Assembly (NCBI GenBank): GCA_963841015.1
Contig: CAWJAX010000003.1
Location: 672,001-736,000 of the forward strand
Direction of reading: 5' to 3'
DNA length: 64,000 bases
Source of the DNA: an uncultured Methanoregulaceae archaeon
GTDB lineage: Archaea > Halobacteriota > Methanomicrobia > Methanomicrobiales > Methanospirillaceae
Shown piece by piece: positions 21,999-32,565 of this stretch (position 1 is its first letter; the number at the start of each line of letters is the position of its first letter). Below the pieces are notes generated by a model. That model was not told where the DNA came from and searched no databases. It saw only the letters and a list, made by a program, of their open reading frames with translations. The position numbers were made by a program, and so were the translations under genes.

Positions 21999-24162
21999 TC
22001 ATGATGCCTTCCTGAATTTTCCTTTCGGCACCAGAATCTCAAACCTTACGCCTTTCCCCGGCTCACCGGTCTCAGTAATGGAAATTCCGGTGAATCCCAG
22101 GAGCTCGCGGATCAGGAACAGGCCAAAACCGGTTCCCGTACCAAATCCGAATTCGAATATCTTTTCTTTTTCATCAAAAGGAATGCCCCTGCCATTATCC
22201 TCATAGATGATGATGAGAGATTCTCCTGATTCTTTTGCAGAAAGCCGGATTTTTGTCAGCTGGTGATCCCCGTGTTGTATCGAATTTGCCACAAGATTAT
22301 AAAAGACCCGGGGGAAGAGAGGATCGGCATACAGTTCGATATCATCCATTTCCACACGAATATCAATGGTGCTGGAAGGATTCAGGAGGATCGCTTCCCT
22401 GAACACCTTTTTCACGGATTGCCAGGCCGGTGAAGTAATGCCGAGGTCCTGGAGCGACCGGACAAATGCCATCTGGTTCCTGATAGACTCGATGGATTCG
22501 AGAGTCTTGTCAAGAAATGTCTGCATTGCCTCGCGGGATGTCTTGAGCTGTGCACGCTCCAGATAATTGACAATAATTGAGAGCTGATCAAGAACATCAC
22601 GTCGGGTAATACTAAAGAGGAGATCGATTTTTGTAGAGAGAGTTTCTTCCGTGACGTCCTCACCAATCCCGAGAATATACTGTAGGGTGTTTTCCGAATC
22701 ATATATCGGCACGATAATCATATGGATGATACGCTGGCCCCGGAATTTGTCGGCAATTTTTTTATTACTTATTGAAACCTGATTGAGTTGTGCATCAATA
22801 TCCTCTTTTTTAATCAGGGAGACCATTTCGGGGGAAAACAGCTCAGAATCTTTCCTGCCGATCACTTCATGTGCAGGCAGATGGAAAATCTGTTCACTCG
22901 CTTTATTCCAGAAAATATATTTTCCATCCTTCACACTTTTCATGAAGACGGCAACAGGCAGCTGTTCGATTATTTCACGGCGGAGAACTTCACCTTCCTT
23001 GACTTGTCTGATTGAACTCTTCAGAGATTCGACCATCGTGTTGATACTGTTTTCAAGCACCTGAAATTCTGTCACCTTGGTTGACGAGATCTTCCAGTCG
23101 AGGTCCCCCTGAGAAATCCGGTTAACATCATGAACTATTGCTGAGATCGGTTTTAAGAGATACCGGGAGAGTAAAAATGCTGAACAAATCCCAATAACCA
23201 GTGCCAGAATACTGATCAACAGGAAAGATTGCATATGCCCCTGATATGCCGTTTCGAGCATCGAATCATTATACGTGATTTCTACAATCCGGCTCATATC
23301 GGAACCGTACTGTTCGTTCTTCAGGTCAATGAAGAGATATTTGACAGAATATCCGGTTTCAGGCAGGGTGACCGTAATATCCCTTCGTTGCTGTATCACC
23401 TTCTTCAGGATAACCTTGGTAGGGTCATCCACTACCTCTGAGGTATTATCGCTAATTTTTCCCATCGTGTTGAAGATACGGACGCGGTCAATATACGGAT
23501 TGGATGAGGCGATCAGACTAATAGCATTTTTGTAATTGACGATGGATATTTCGGATGGAAACGAAGATTTCGAAAATCCCAGTTCGAGAATATATCGGTG
23601 GTCCGGTGTGGGCATGTAGGCAAATTTCCGCAATTTTTTTCCATCACCTGTCTGCTCATGGACAATACGATCCGGGAAGAAACCTTCAGAATTCCTGATC
23701 CTGGTCAGGTACTCAAAAAAATACGGGATTTTTTTAAAGTCCAGTCCCCGATCAGGTTCGTAGCTGGTAAACTCGATGACCCCGGATTCATTGATGATAT
23801 ATACATCATATTCATCTCCCAGTTCATGTTTTAGATCAGTCAGGTTCATTGTTGCGGGAATGCCCCCACAACGCTGGTATTCTGCCAGTACAACAACAAG
23901 TCCTTTGCGCATCTGCTCGTTCAGAGTGTTGTCATACAATGTGTCAGCTTTCATCCGTCAGTTTGATCGTGATAATAATATCCTGCTCAGTCTGTTGTTT
24001 GAGGTGCCGGGAATTTTTTTCGAACTGATTTTTTGTGGTATAGTAGTCAGTCACTGTATGAAGGCCGGCAACAATGATGACCAGAACCACCATAGCAATA
24101 AGAAGAGAGAGAAAGAATGAACGCCCTGTTATGCTGAAAAAACTCTTATCGGTCATGTCCAT
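21999..24162 (-). CDS. Membrane sensor histidine kinase-like protein (TM, extracellular domain, TM, HAMP, PAS, HATPase); frameshift near 23945; H-box His replaced by Arg
   Basis: ORFs 23944..24162 and 21999..23954 join; N box NLVANSIQHG, DNGRGI, GTGFGL; H-box reads ITRRDVLDQL. Confidence 0.85.
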
Positions 24163-24424
24163 CCCTGCTCAGGTAAAATCTCTCACCAATGACACACAAT
24201 CGTAACAAACAGAATAAACCACTCAAGCGACAATAAAAGTTTGGATTATTCCGGACGGTAAAATTGAATTATCTGAGGGTATTTCAAAGTGATACACAAA
24301 AATAAAACAATTTTCAGGATAAAAATTCGGCATAAATGTGATAAATCTGATATATCATAAAAAGACCAGTCAGACACCTTCAACAATCAGATACACAAAA
24401 ATGGAATTACCTGGATGAAAAAAA

Positions 24425-25027
24425 TTATTTCATTGCCTGGGTAATTGCTTCCTTAACTTTTTCATCCCCTTCAGTTTCAAGCGCGTGTTTGAGTGCTTCG
24501 TGTACTTTTTTTCCGCCGATAGCGCCAAGTGACCAGACAGTCATCATACGGACATACCGGTTTTCGTCCTTCAACAGGATAATCATAGGATCAACGGCGT
24601 CCGAGTCGCCAATTTCACGGAGACCCTTTGCAGCCATGTATCTCACATGATCCCGGTTATCCTTCAGAGCCTGAATAAGTGGTTTGACAGCCCGATCATC
24701 GGCAATTTTTCCCAGCGCTTCAACGGCACGGTACCGGGTCTCCCACTGAGGTTCTTTCATCGCAGAGGACAGCGGCTCGACTGCTGTTTTGCCGATCATG
24801 ACAAGGGCAGACATCGCCTGTGCGCGAACCGACTTGTCAAAATCACCCAGAGCCTCGATGAGCGGCTGGATTGCTCGCGGGTTCTGAGTCTTGCCGAGCA
24901 GGTATGCAGCATATTGCCGAACCTTTGGATCAGTGCTGTCATGAAGGGAATGTACCAATCCGTCCACTCCCTGTCTCTCAATGTCTTCGGCGCCTTCGGG
25001 TTTTTCCGGAATATTTTCTTCGGCCAT
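24425..25027 (-). CDS. HEAT (PBS lyase-like) repeat protein
   Basis: Repeated VR..AA..LG.I.D..AV.PLI..L.D. Confidence 0.9.
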   Translation of the reverse strand: MAEENIPEKPEGAEDIERQGVDGLVHSLHDSTDPKVRQYAAYLLGKTQNPRAIQPLIEALGDFDKSVRAQAMSALVMIGKTAVEPLSSAMKEPQWETRYRAVEALGKIADDRAVKPLIQALKDNRDHVRYMAAKGLREIGDSDAVDPMIILLKDENRYVRMMTVWSLGAIGGKKVHEALKHALETEGDEKVKEAITQAMK

Positions 25028-25375
25028 AATTTCACCATGAAGTATCTCCCGTTTTGTTATATAAGGAAGATCACGGATGACAAATAAACATCAAAGTTGT
25101 TTAAAAATTACTCAGCAGGTGTATTTCTGATTTGCATCCCTGAGGATCGCTATTCTTCTCAGATTCTCGTAAACAGTAGCCGCAGAATGGTGACACACCA
25201 TCGTCTTGATAAGCCAGAAGCCATTATGAGAGGGGGGGAAACCAAAGTCTTCTCCATCACCGTGGTTTTTCCATCATGGCTTAATTAAGGAATTTTTCCA
25301 ACCAAAAAATTAAACTGTCGTGATAACTGCAAAATAATTTGAAGTTTACGACGGATATAAATATTTTACACCACG

Positions 25376-26293
25376 ATGCTTTTTTGTATGAATAATAAAC
25401 TCATCCCACTCATAGCAGTGTTCATAGCAATGGTTGCGGCTGCCGGATGCATGGGATTTCCGACTTCAGGTATTGATCCATCTTCTGCATTGCAGGATAT
25501 CAGCAATGGACGCGTACAGCCTGAATCCAAGATGGTGTATGGCGGTGAGGCGGGGTCCTATCCAGTACCAACGAGCGCACCATCACAATCGGGTTCAGGT
25601 ACAAGCAAGATCGAGACGAAGATCATCAAAACTGCCTATCTGTCAATCGAAGTAAAAGATGTTCCCGGAACAATCGAGACGCTGAAAAATCTTGCATCCC
25701 AGAAAGGGGGCTATTTGTCCTCCACAAATATCCAGAAAAACTACAATGACCGTCTCTCCGGTTCCGTCATAATCCGGGTTCCTGCAGCAGAATTTGAAAA
25801 TACCCTTTCGAGCGTCAAGGCAATCGGCACCGTCAAATCCGCCTCTACACAAGGGCAGGATGTGACAGAGGAATATGTCGATCTCCAGGCACAGAAAAGC
25901 TCCTACCAGAACCAGCTTGCCCAATATAATGAGATCATGAAAAAGGCGGTCAAAGTTGAAGATGTAATAACAGTCCAACAGCAGATCGACCGGGTCCAGA
26001 CAGAACTGAACCGGCTTGAGGGCAGGCTGAAATATCTTGACAGCCGGATCGATCTTTCGACAATCACGGTAAACCTCCAGGAACCCGAACCCGTCGGGGG
26101 TGAGACAGGCCATAATTTTATTTCGACAATTAATGAAGGAATATCCGGGTTCTTTGGCATGATCGATGCCATTATTATCATCCTTTTCACATTGCTTCCA
26201 CTTATCATCGTTGGGGGTGTTGGGTATGCAATCTACCGCTGGAGAAAAGGCAGGAAAGGTTCGGATCCACCGGAACTTTCAGAAAGAAAATAA
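25376..26293 (+). CDS. DUF4349 domain membrane/lipoprotein
   Basis: AAGC lipobox-like, KIIKTA, IRVPA, DVTEEYVDL, coiled coil, C-terminal TM. Confidence 0.85.
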   Translation: MLFCMNNKLIPLIAVFIAMVAAAGCMGFPTSGIDPSSALQDISNGRVQPESKMVYGGEAGSYPVPTSAPSQSGSGTSKIETKIIKTAYLSIEVKDVPGTIETLKNLASQKGGYLSSTNIQKNYNDRLSGSVIIRVPAAEFENTLSSVKAIGTVKSASTQGQDVTEEYVDLQAQKSSYQNQLAQYNEIMKKAVKVEDVITVQQQIDRVQTELNRLEGRLKYLDSRIDLSTITVNLQEPEPVGGETGHNFISTINEGISGFFGMIDAIIIILFTLLPLIIVGGVGYAIYRWRKGRKGSDPPELSERK

Positions 26294-26363
26294 TTGTTTT
26301 TATAAAATAATGGTTTTTTTTGCTGATCTGACAATGTTCGGATTTTTGTCCTTCCTCTGAATA

Positions 26364-27679
26364 TTATATACCAACCGTTGAACCGCTGTTTCCAGGTGTG
26401 GGGCGGTACGTTGGAGTTGCTGTGGGTTTTATGGTTCTTGTGGGTATAGTGGTAGTTCCTGAATTTTTTGTAATCGTTGGAATCGTTGTGAACGCAGTAG
26501 CGTCCCCAGAAGTTCCACCTTCACTATTTGCAATCATGGGGTAGATAAAAAAGGCTCCCAAAACAACGGCAACAATAATTATTACAACGATGATACCGAG
26601 AATAACTTTTTTGCCAGGTTTACCGCTAAGTACATCCCATGGTTTCTGGGGAACCCGAGGTTTGCCAGAAGGCGATATCTGTTCGGAATCATGGGCGTCC
26701 ATGATAACCGGCTGTGCTGCTTCGGATTTATCAGCCGTCCCACGTAAGTCTGAATCCGACAATGAGTAGATTGATTCAATTGGTGTAACTGTGGATATCT
26801 GTTCCTCGGGGGTCTCTTGTCGCTGCGAAGCTGCTCCCTGGGTCTTGGAGGGTACGCTGGTCAGGAGGGGTATAATGAGGGGTTCTCTTGCAGAGATATC
26901 CTTATCGATGGGTTGAATACTGCTGTCTGCGTATTCCGGAACAGACGATTGGGATACTGCAGCTTGTGGTGTTTTGGATTCTGCCAGATTTCCAGGAACA
27001 ACAATCTGGGATCCACAGCGGTTACAGAACTTCGAACTATCCGGCACACGGTTCCCGCACCGTGAGCAATAAGTACCATAGCCGGGGGGTGAGACGTCAG
27101 ATTCTTTTACCGCTGACGGGGGGAGAGAAGAACCTGTACTTGTCGAAATAATTTTTTTGACCGGTGCGATATCCTCTGCTTCTTTCTTCGCAGCAGTTTT
27201 CTTGGCAGGCGGCACTTTTTGCGAAACGGGAGAACTGACAATCTCTATCCGTGGAGGTGCGGCGCGGGCAGCTTTTTTGAAGACTGCCCGATACCCGGCA
27301 TTACTTTCCGAATGACCTGTTCAAAAGATGACGAGGTATTCTCTTTTAGCACCCTCATCCAGTCATCCCGTTCCTTGATCCGGGTACCTCCTGTTTGACG
27401 TGAGAAGGTGAGGATCATCTGCCGGGTCTCACCAGTCTTGGCCATCACAGACAATGTTATTATCTGGTCACGGATCGCGTTCTCACCTGCCTGAAAATCT
27501 TTGAGCGTGACAAGCGGTATCTCTTTTTGCGGAAGGAGGTTTGTCGCCCTGTCGACAAGAATGATTCGTTTGTTGGTAAGAATACCTTCAAACGGGATCG
27601 ACTTGACAAAGATTCCCTGAGTCCTGAGGAGAACAGACTCATCACTACGCAGTTCTGGATCGCCCATTATACCACACAT
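26364..27679 (-). CDS. Zinc-ribbon membrane protein with N-terminal PH-like domain; frameshift near 27262
   Basis: EGILTNKRIIL..ERDDW N-domain (27245..27679) joins the ORF with CSRCG..FCNRCG, a TM helix and a Thr-rich tail. Confidence 0.75.
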
Positions 27680-27938
27680 TACCCCATACTACCTTAAAAA
27701 GTGTAGGTCACAAAAAGAAAAAGATAGTGAATTAAAATGTGCCGGAATTACTCACCAGATTGAAAATTTCGGACTACTCAATTTTACCAGAATGTTGTGT
27801 GAGGTTTCCCGAATATATCCATGCAATTACACTGCTTCTGATATCGGGCTTATACCTGTGATGTTATCAAACCTGAAAAAAATCTATCCCTACTTATTTT
27901 AGTTCGCAGAAAAAACTCTATCAGATGAGTGAATTCTG

Positions 27939-28409
27939 ATGGTGTTCACCTGCCGGCAATGCGGAATGTGTTGTATGTATATGGGCGACTACATCGTAAT
28001 CGAACACCAGATAGGTCCCTTTGAATTTGCCTGTGAGTCTGTTTCAACCGGCACACCCTTTGTTGCCCGTATCGATGAAGATAAGCATCACATCTTTCTG
28101 GACCATACATTTCCGGATCAGCACCCGGCTGCCTGCAGGTTTCTCCGTCCCGATGGAGATCTTATAAGGTGCGTTATCCATGATTCGAGTCCCTGCCAGT
28201 GTAAATACTATCGATGCGTGATCATGCGAATCTTTGATTCCCAAGAGAGCTTGATAGGAACCGTAACGGGAAATTTGTCACTGCATTCAAACGATGCTGT
28301 GCTGAGGCGTCTGTGGGAGGCAGAGGAGAGTAGAATTTCGCATCTTTCTGCTGATGAGGAAATATGGTTGCAGAAGTATCTCGAAGACAAAGGCTACAGG
28401 GTTGAATGA
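27939..28409 (+). CDS. YkgJ family Cys-cluster protein
   Basis: FTCRQCGMCC, CRFL, CVIH..SP..CK.Y.C. Confidence 0.85.
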   Translation: MVFTCRQCGMCCMYMGDYIVIEHQIGPFEFACESVSTGTPFVARIDEDKHHIFLDHTFPDQHPAACRFLRPDGDLIRCVIHDSSPCQCKYYRCVIMRIFDSQESLIGTVTGNLSLHSNDAVLRRLWEAEESRISHLSADEEIWLQKYLEDKGYRVE

Positions 28410-28517
28410 ATCAGACTTTCAGATATCCATCAGGACCTTGTTTTTAATTGAGCCACGAAAATAAAAATTGAGTGAAGATGTTAAAAAAAATGCGTTGCTC
28501 AACTTAAGAGAGAGAAA

Positions 28518-28655
28518 ATGCTTCATTTTCTGACAGATGGTTTTTTGAGATCTTATTATGAGTGTCGATTCTATCGCCTCTTGGGGATCGCCACATCGAA
28601 GACAGCAGAGGTAAAACCCGAAGATTCTGGAATACGACGATGCCCTGAATTATAA
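28518..28655 (+). CDS. Candidate 45-aa small protein
   Basis: MLHFLTDGFLRSYYECRFYRLLGIATSKTAEVKPEDSGIRRCPEL; purine-rich upstream; hairpin atggagat-agc-atctccat after the stop. Confidence 0.35.
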   Translation: MLHFLTDGFLRSYYECRFYRLLGIATSKTAEVKPEDSGIRRCPEL

Positions 28656-28734
28656 AATGGAGATAGCATCTCCATAAAAAATCAGCATTTTTTCTTTAAA
28701 AACTGATGGGATTACCAAAGAACAATAAAAATTA

Positions 28735-28807
28735 CGCCCAGGTCGGAATTCGAATCCGAGTCGTTTGCGTGACAGGCAAACATGATGGGCCACTACACTA
28801 CCTGGGC
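28735..28807 (-). tRNA. trnD: tRNA-Asp(GTC)
   Basis: GCCCAGG/CCTGGGC acceptor; TTTGC-CT-GTC-AC-GCAAA anticodon arm. Confidence 0.95.
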
Positions 28808-28824
28808 TCTCTTTTAAACAAATG

Positions 28825-28930
28825 TCCCGCCTCCCGGATTCGAACCGGGGACATCGCGGTAGCCGCGCAGTTACCGATACCGGTAAACCATACTACAGCC
28901 GCGCACTCTACCGAGCTGAGTTAAGGCGGG
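28825..28930 (-). tRNA. trnY: tRNA-Tyr(GTA) with 32-nt intron at 37/38
   Basis: CCCGCCT/AGGCGGG acceptor; CGCGG-CT-GTA-G, intron, A-CCGCG; GTTCGAATC; tandem with tRNA-Asp. Confidence 0.93.
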
Positions 28931-29079
28931 GCACTGTGCTCTAAATGTTGGAATAGTCTGGTATTAAACGTATCGTTAAAGATAAAGGAAAAATGGCAAT
29001 TAATTGCCGGATTTCAATAATTTCTGGGTATTGTTTAAATAATCCGCATGCTCATAGAGATGTATGACTGCTCGCAAGG

Positions 29080-30600
29080 ATGTTGCGGGGGATCGCCTTC
29101 TTCACCGATAGCCATGCTCATGAAGAAGTGACTGTTTTTGACACTACGCTCCGGGATGGAGAACAAACCCCGGGGATTGCATTCACCTTTGAACAGAAAC
29201 TCCAGATCGCACGTCAGCTCTCGGACATCGGCGTCCATGTAATCGAGGCAGGATTTCCTGCATCTTCGAAAGCCGAGAAAGAGACGGTGACCGCTATTAA
29301 AAAGTCCGGTCTTGAGGCGAAGATTTGCGGGCTCGCCCGTTCAGTTAAAGCTGATGTCGACGCATGCCTTGACTGCGATGTGGACATGGTGCACGTCTTT
29401 ATCCCCACATCAGATATCCAGCGTGAGAACACTATCAACAAGAGCCGGGAGGAAGTGCTCGGGATTACTGCAGATATTATTCAGTATATCCGCGACCACA
29501 CGGACATGTGCATGTTTTCTGCAATGGATGCAACGAGGACTAACGGGGATTATCTCATAGAAGTCTTCCGGGCTGCAGCAAATGCCGGCGCTACCATTAT
29601 TAACGTGCCGGATACCGTAGGTGTTATATCTCCTTCGGGTATGAAGACCCTCGTCACCCGGATCGCCCGGGAGGTTGATTGTCCTATTGACGTGCATTGC
29701 CACAATGACTTCGGACTGGCAGTCGCAAACACAATCGCGGCTGTCGAAGCTGGTGCATCACAGGTGCAGGTCACCGTGAATGGTCTGGGGGAGCGGGCGG
29801 GTAATGCGGACCTGGCTCAGACGGTAATGATTCTCGAAGCTATATACCGGATAAAAACGGGGATACACAAGGAGCGACTGGTCGAGACTTCACACCTGAT
29901 CTCCCGGTTCAGCGGTATCAGCATTCCACCTACCCAGCCGGTTGTAGGTGAAAATGTCTTTTCACATGAGAGTGGCATCCACTCACACGGTGTTATCAAA
30001 AATGCCGCAACATTTGAACCCGGCATCATGACACCGGAAATGGTCGGGCACCGCAGGAGATTAACCCTGGGGAAGCACGTGGGAAGACATGCGGTATACC
30101 AGATGCTTTCTGAGGTTCATATAGAACCATCAGACATGCAGCTGGATATAATCGTTGAGAAGGTCAAAGCGATCGCAAACAAGGGAAAACGGGTGACTGA
30201 CGCTGATCTTTACGAGGTTGCTGATAGTGTGATGGGAGTGGAACTGAACCACAAAATGTTTGAACTTGAAGATATTGCGATCATGACGGGCAACCACATG
30301 ATTCCCACGGCGAGCGTGAAAGCAAAAGTCAATGGGAAAGAGCATGTATTCTCCAGTGTTGGCAATGGCCCGGTTGACGCAGCACTCCATGCTATCATGG
30401 GAATTACTCCCTCGCGCCTCCAGCTCAGGGAGTTCAACATCGAAGCAATCTCCGGTGGATCCGATGCAATGTGCCACGTGACTATTGCTGTCGAGGATGA
30501 GCACGGCAAAATCTTTGACGCAAGCGGTAGCGGTGATGACATCGTACTTTCATCGGTCGAGGCGCTGGTCAACGCGATCAACCTGATCAGCCGGAAATAA
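29080..30600 (+). CDS. 2-isopropylmalate / (R)-citramalate synthase (LeuA/CimA family)
   Basis: DTTLRDGEQ, HCHNDFG, GERAGN, HESGIH, C-terminal regulatory domain GNGPVDA; paralog not resolved by eye. Confidence 0.9.
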   Translation: MLRGIAFFTDSHAHEEVTVFDTTLRDGEQTPGIAFTFEQKLQIARQLSDIGVHVIEAGFPASSKAEKETVTAIKKSGLEAKICGLARSVKADVDACLDCDVDMVHVFIPTSDIQRENTINKSREEVLGITADIIQYIRDHTDMCMFSAMDATRTNGDYLIEVFRAAANAGATIINVPDTVGVISPSGMKTLVTRIAREVDCPIDVHCHNDFGLAVANTIAAVEAGASQVQVTVNGLGERAGNADLAQTVMILEAIYRIKTGIHKERLVETSHLISRFSGISIPPTQPVVGENVFSHESGIHSHGVIKNAATFEPGIMTPEMVGHRRRLTLGKHVGRHAVYQMLSEVHIEPSDMQLDIIVEKVKAIANKGKRVTDADLYEVADSVMGVELNHKMFELEDIAIMTGNHMIPTASVKAKVNGKEHVFSSVGNGPVDAALHAIMGITPSRLQLREFNIEAISGGSDAMCHVTIAVEDEHGKIFDASGSGDDIVLSSVEALVNAINLISRK

Positions 30601-30608
30601 CCCTAATC

Positions 30609-31199
30609 CTATTTTCCCGAAGATGCGCGAAGCTCCCGGAGAGTTGTAAGCGCATTGTTATAGCCGTACAGTTGGGCTCGTGTGGAGAGTCTGTCGATAA
30701 TCTCGTCCGTTGATGCAAGATACCGTTTCCTGAACTGTCCGCACCGTGGACTGGAATCCAGGAAGTTATCAATCCGGTCACAGAGTTTTATCAGCGTTGC
30801 CTCGGGGGGGGCATCAAGGATACGGCCTATGCTGTCGGAGAGACGGGCTGCCTTACCCGGAATCGTATTTTTTTTGGTGAGCGCATCAACCATGACCATG
30901 ATGTCATTTTTTTCATCATCGGAAAAAGGAAGGTGTGCAATAAATTCCTCCGTCTGCGCAATCCATTCAGGAGTACAGTCCTCATAGATATCATGCAGCC
31001 ACGCAGCTATGATGGCCATGTGTGTGCCGCCAAACATCCCGACAAGAGCGGCAACCCGTGCCGGGTGGATAATATAAGGGGTTCTTCTGTCCTTGCGGAA
31101 CTGTCCCTTGTGGGCACGTGCGGCATGATCAGCAGCATTCTTGATCGCCAGCAGATGTTGAGCCAGGTCCGTGTTTGTCGGATCCATAACGGTCTCCAT
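30609..31199 (-). CDS. HD-domain protein of Mesh1 / small alarmone hydrolase type
   Basis: H.GQ.RK...PYI.HP, AAWLHDIYED, IKLCDRIDN. Confidence 0.85.
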   Translation of the reverse strand: METVMDPTNTDLAQHLLAIKNAADHAARAHKGQFRKDRRTPYIIHPARVAALVGMFGGTHMAIIAAWLHDIYEDCTPEWIAQTEEFIAHLPFSDDEKNDIMVMVDALTKKNTIPGKAARLSDSIGRILDAPPEATLIKLCDRIDNFLDSSPRCGQFRKRYLASTDEIIDRLSTRAQLYGYNNALTTLRELRASSGK

Positions 31200-31262
31200 A
31201 CGAAAAAAATCCTGCCGGTTACCAAAATTTTCTTGTAAATCCGGTGATGAAAAAATACGCAA

Positions 31263-31625
31263 TTATGCAGCCGTCGGGGCACCTTTGCCCTCAATTGCCG
31301 CTTTGATCTGTGCCTGTAACTGCTCAAATTTACCCTGCATCATCTTCTCCTGCTTTTCCAGCGATTTGATGCGCAGCTCAAGCGTCTCAACTTTCTCGGA
31401 AAGTTTTGTGTTCACGACCTCTTTTTTCTTCTGCATCATTACCGTACCGACGCTCATGTACATGACCGCATCATCCGGTGAATCGCTGATCTCTTCCTGA
31501 GCGCGCTTCGCCTCGCGCACTGCCATCTCATACTGGGCTTTCTGCGAAAGGATAGTCTGCAGTTGCTGTTGTATCTGCTGGAGCATGGCCAGCTGGTTCT
31601 GCACTTTGGGTGAAAGATTGTTCAT
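31263..31625 (-). CDS. pfdB: Prefoldin beta subunit
   Basis: Coiled coils around YMSVGTVM; superoperon position. Confidence 0.93.
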   Translation of the reverse strand: MNNLSPKVQNQLAMLQQIQQQLQTILSQKAQYEMAVREAKRAQEEISDSPDDAVMYMSVGTVMMQKKKEVVNTKLSEKVETLELRIKSLEKQEKMMQGKFEQLQAQIKAAIEGKGAPTAA

Positions 31626-31757
31626 GATTGTTACTCTTCTTATTGTATCGGTTTCAATTGATAAAAAGGATTATTCCAAAAGTGTCTGAAAATCATAGAA
31701 AAATTTTTTTCTGGGTATTAAATTAAAAAAAACTTAATGAACTTCTCGCGAAGGCAG

Positions 31758-31997
31758 TTACTTAAAATCCTGCATCTCATCTGCTACGTTTACCAGCCGA
31801 AGAACCATATTGAGCGCTGCCCGAAGTGCTGCAATATCATAAGCTTCAACTTTAAGGATCAGGGTGCCCTCCCCTTCAAGCCAGCAACGGGTAGTTGAGC
31901 GAGGATTCACTTCATCGGAAAGTTCCGGGGTCAGCGCCTGGCAGATCAGCTGTGCGTGGGTTGTTGAAAATCGGAAGATCGCCTCGTGAAGCGTCAC
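31758..31997 (-). CDS. pcc1: KEOPS complex subunit Pcc1
   Basis: A.DIAALRAALN..LRL motif; GGAGG RBS; superoperon position. Confidence 0.88.
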   Translation of the reverse strand: MTLHEAIFRFSTTHAQLICQALTPELSDEVNPRSTTRCWLEGEGTLILKVEAYDIAALRAALNMVLRLVNVADEMQDFK

Positions 31998-32079
31998 TTG
32001 ATTGCCTCCTTACAGGATATGCATAAAAAAGATGATAAAAATATTTTTTTTATTCCGGCTGTTTTGCCAGATAACACAC

Positions 32080-32214
32080 TTAACGGGCTTTCATCTCTTT
32101 GATCGCAGCGCCACGCTCTTTAAAAAGAATACGGTGCCCGCAATAAGGGCAACGGACGTTAACGTCGATCTCAACTTTCTGCTTGCACCGTGCACATTTG
32201 TACGTACTTGCCAT
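32080..32214 (-). CDS. rpoP: RNA polymerase subunit P (Rpo12), absent from the ORF track
   Basis: [44 protein letters not shown], 44 aa, directly after rpl37ae. Confidence 0.93.
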   Translation of the reverse strand: MASTYKCARCKQKVEIDVNVRCPYCGHRILFKERGAAIKEMKAR

Positions 32215-32228
32215 ACTCTAATCCAAAT

Positions 32229-32522
32229 TTATCCTTTGATCTGTTCGAGAGTCCGGTCGATTGCGCGCTGGGCGATCTTCATGGCAGGAGTTTGTGGTTG
32301 GTATGCCCCACCGGCAAACTTGTAATTGCACTTGCGGCACTCCCAGATACCTGTGCCCCTGCGCTGAACCGACTCCATGTCACACTTCGGGCAGCGGTGG
32401 AGGGATCCGGAAATTGCTTCAATATCTGCTACTCTCTTGCGTACAAATCTTCCGTACCGGCAGCCAAAACGTCCGGCACTACCTGTTACTTTTCCTTTTG
32501 CTTTATGAGTCGAGCTTGCCAT
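32229..32522 (-). CDS. rpl37ae: 50S ribosomal protein L37Ae (eL43)
   Basis: GRFG.RYG, CPKC, GTGIWECRKC, AGGAY. Confidence 0.96.
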   Translation of the reverse strand: MASSTHKAKGKVTGSAGRFGCRYGRFVRKRVADIEAISGSLHRCPKCDMESVQRRGTGIWECRKCNYKFAGGAYQPQTPAMKIAQRAIDRTLEQIKG

Positions 32523-32565
32523 TATTCATACCCACCGATCTGTCTTCTTTTATTTGTCCTCGCAA

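Noticed and set aside
21786-22004. Small ORFs at 21562..21861, 21786..22004 and 47341..47526
   Set aside because: They overlap the MITE-like elements, and the frames are not shared between the two copies
23944-23946. TGA in the kinase gene as selenocysteine or readthrough
   Set aside because: Downstream coding continues in another frame, so this is an indel, not an in-frame stop
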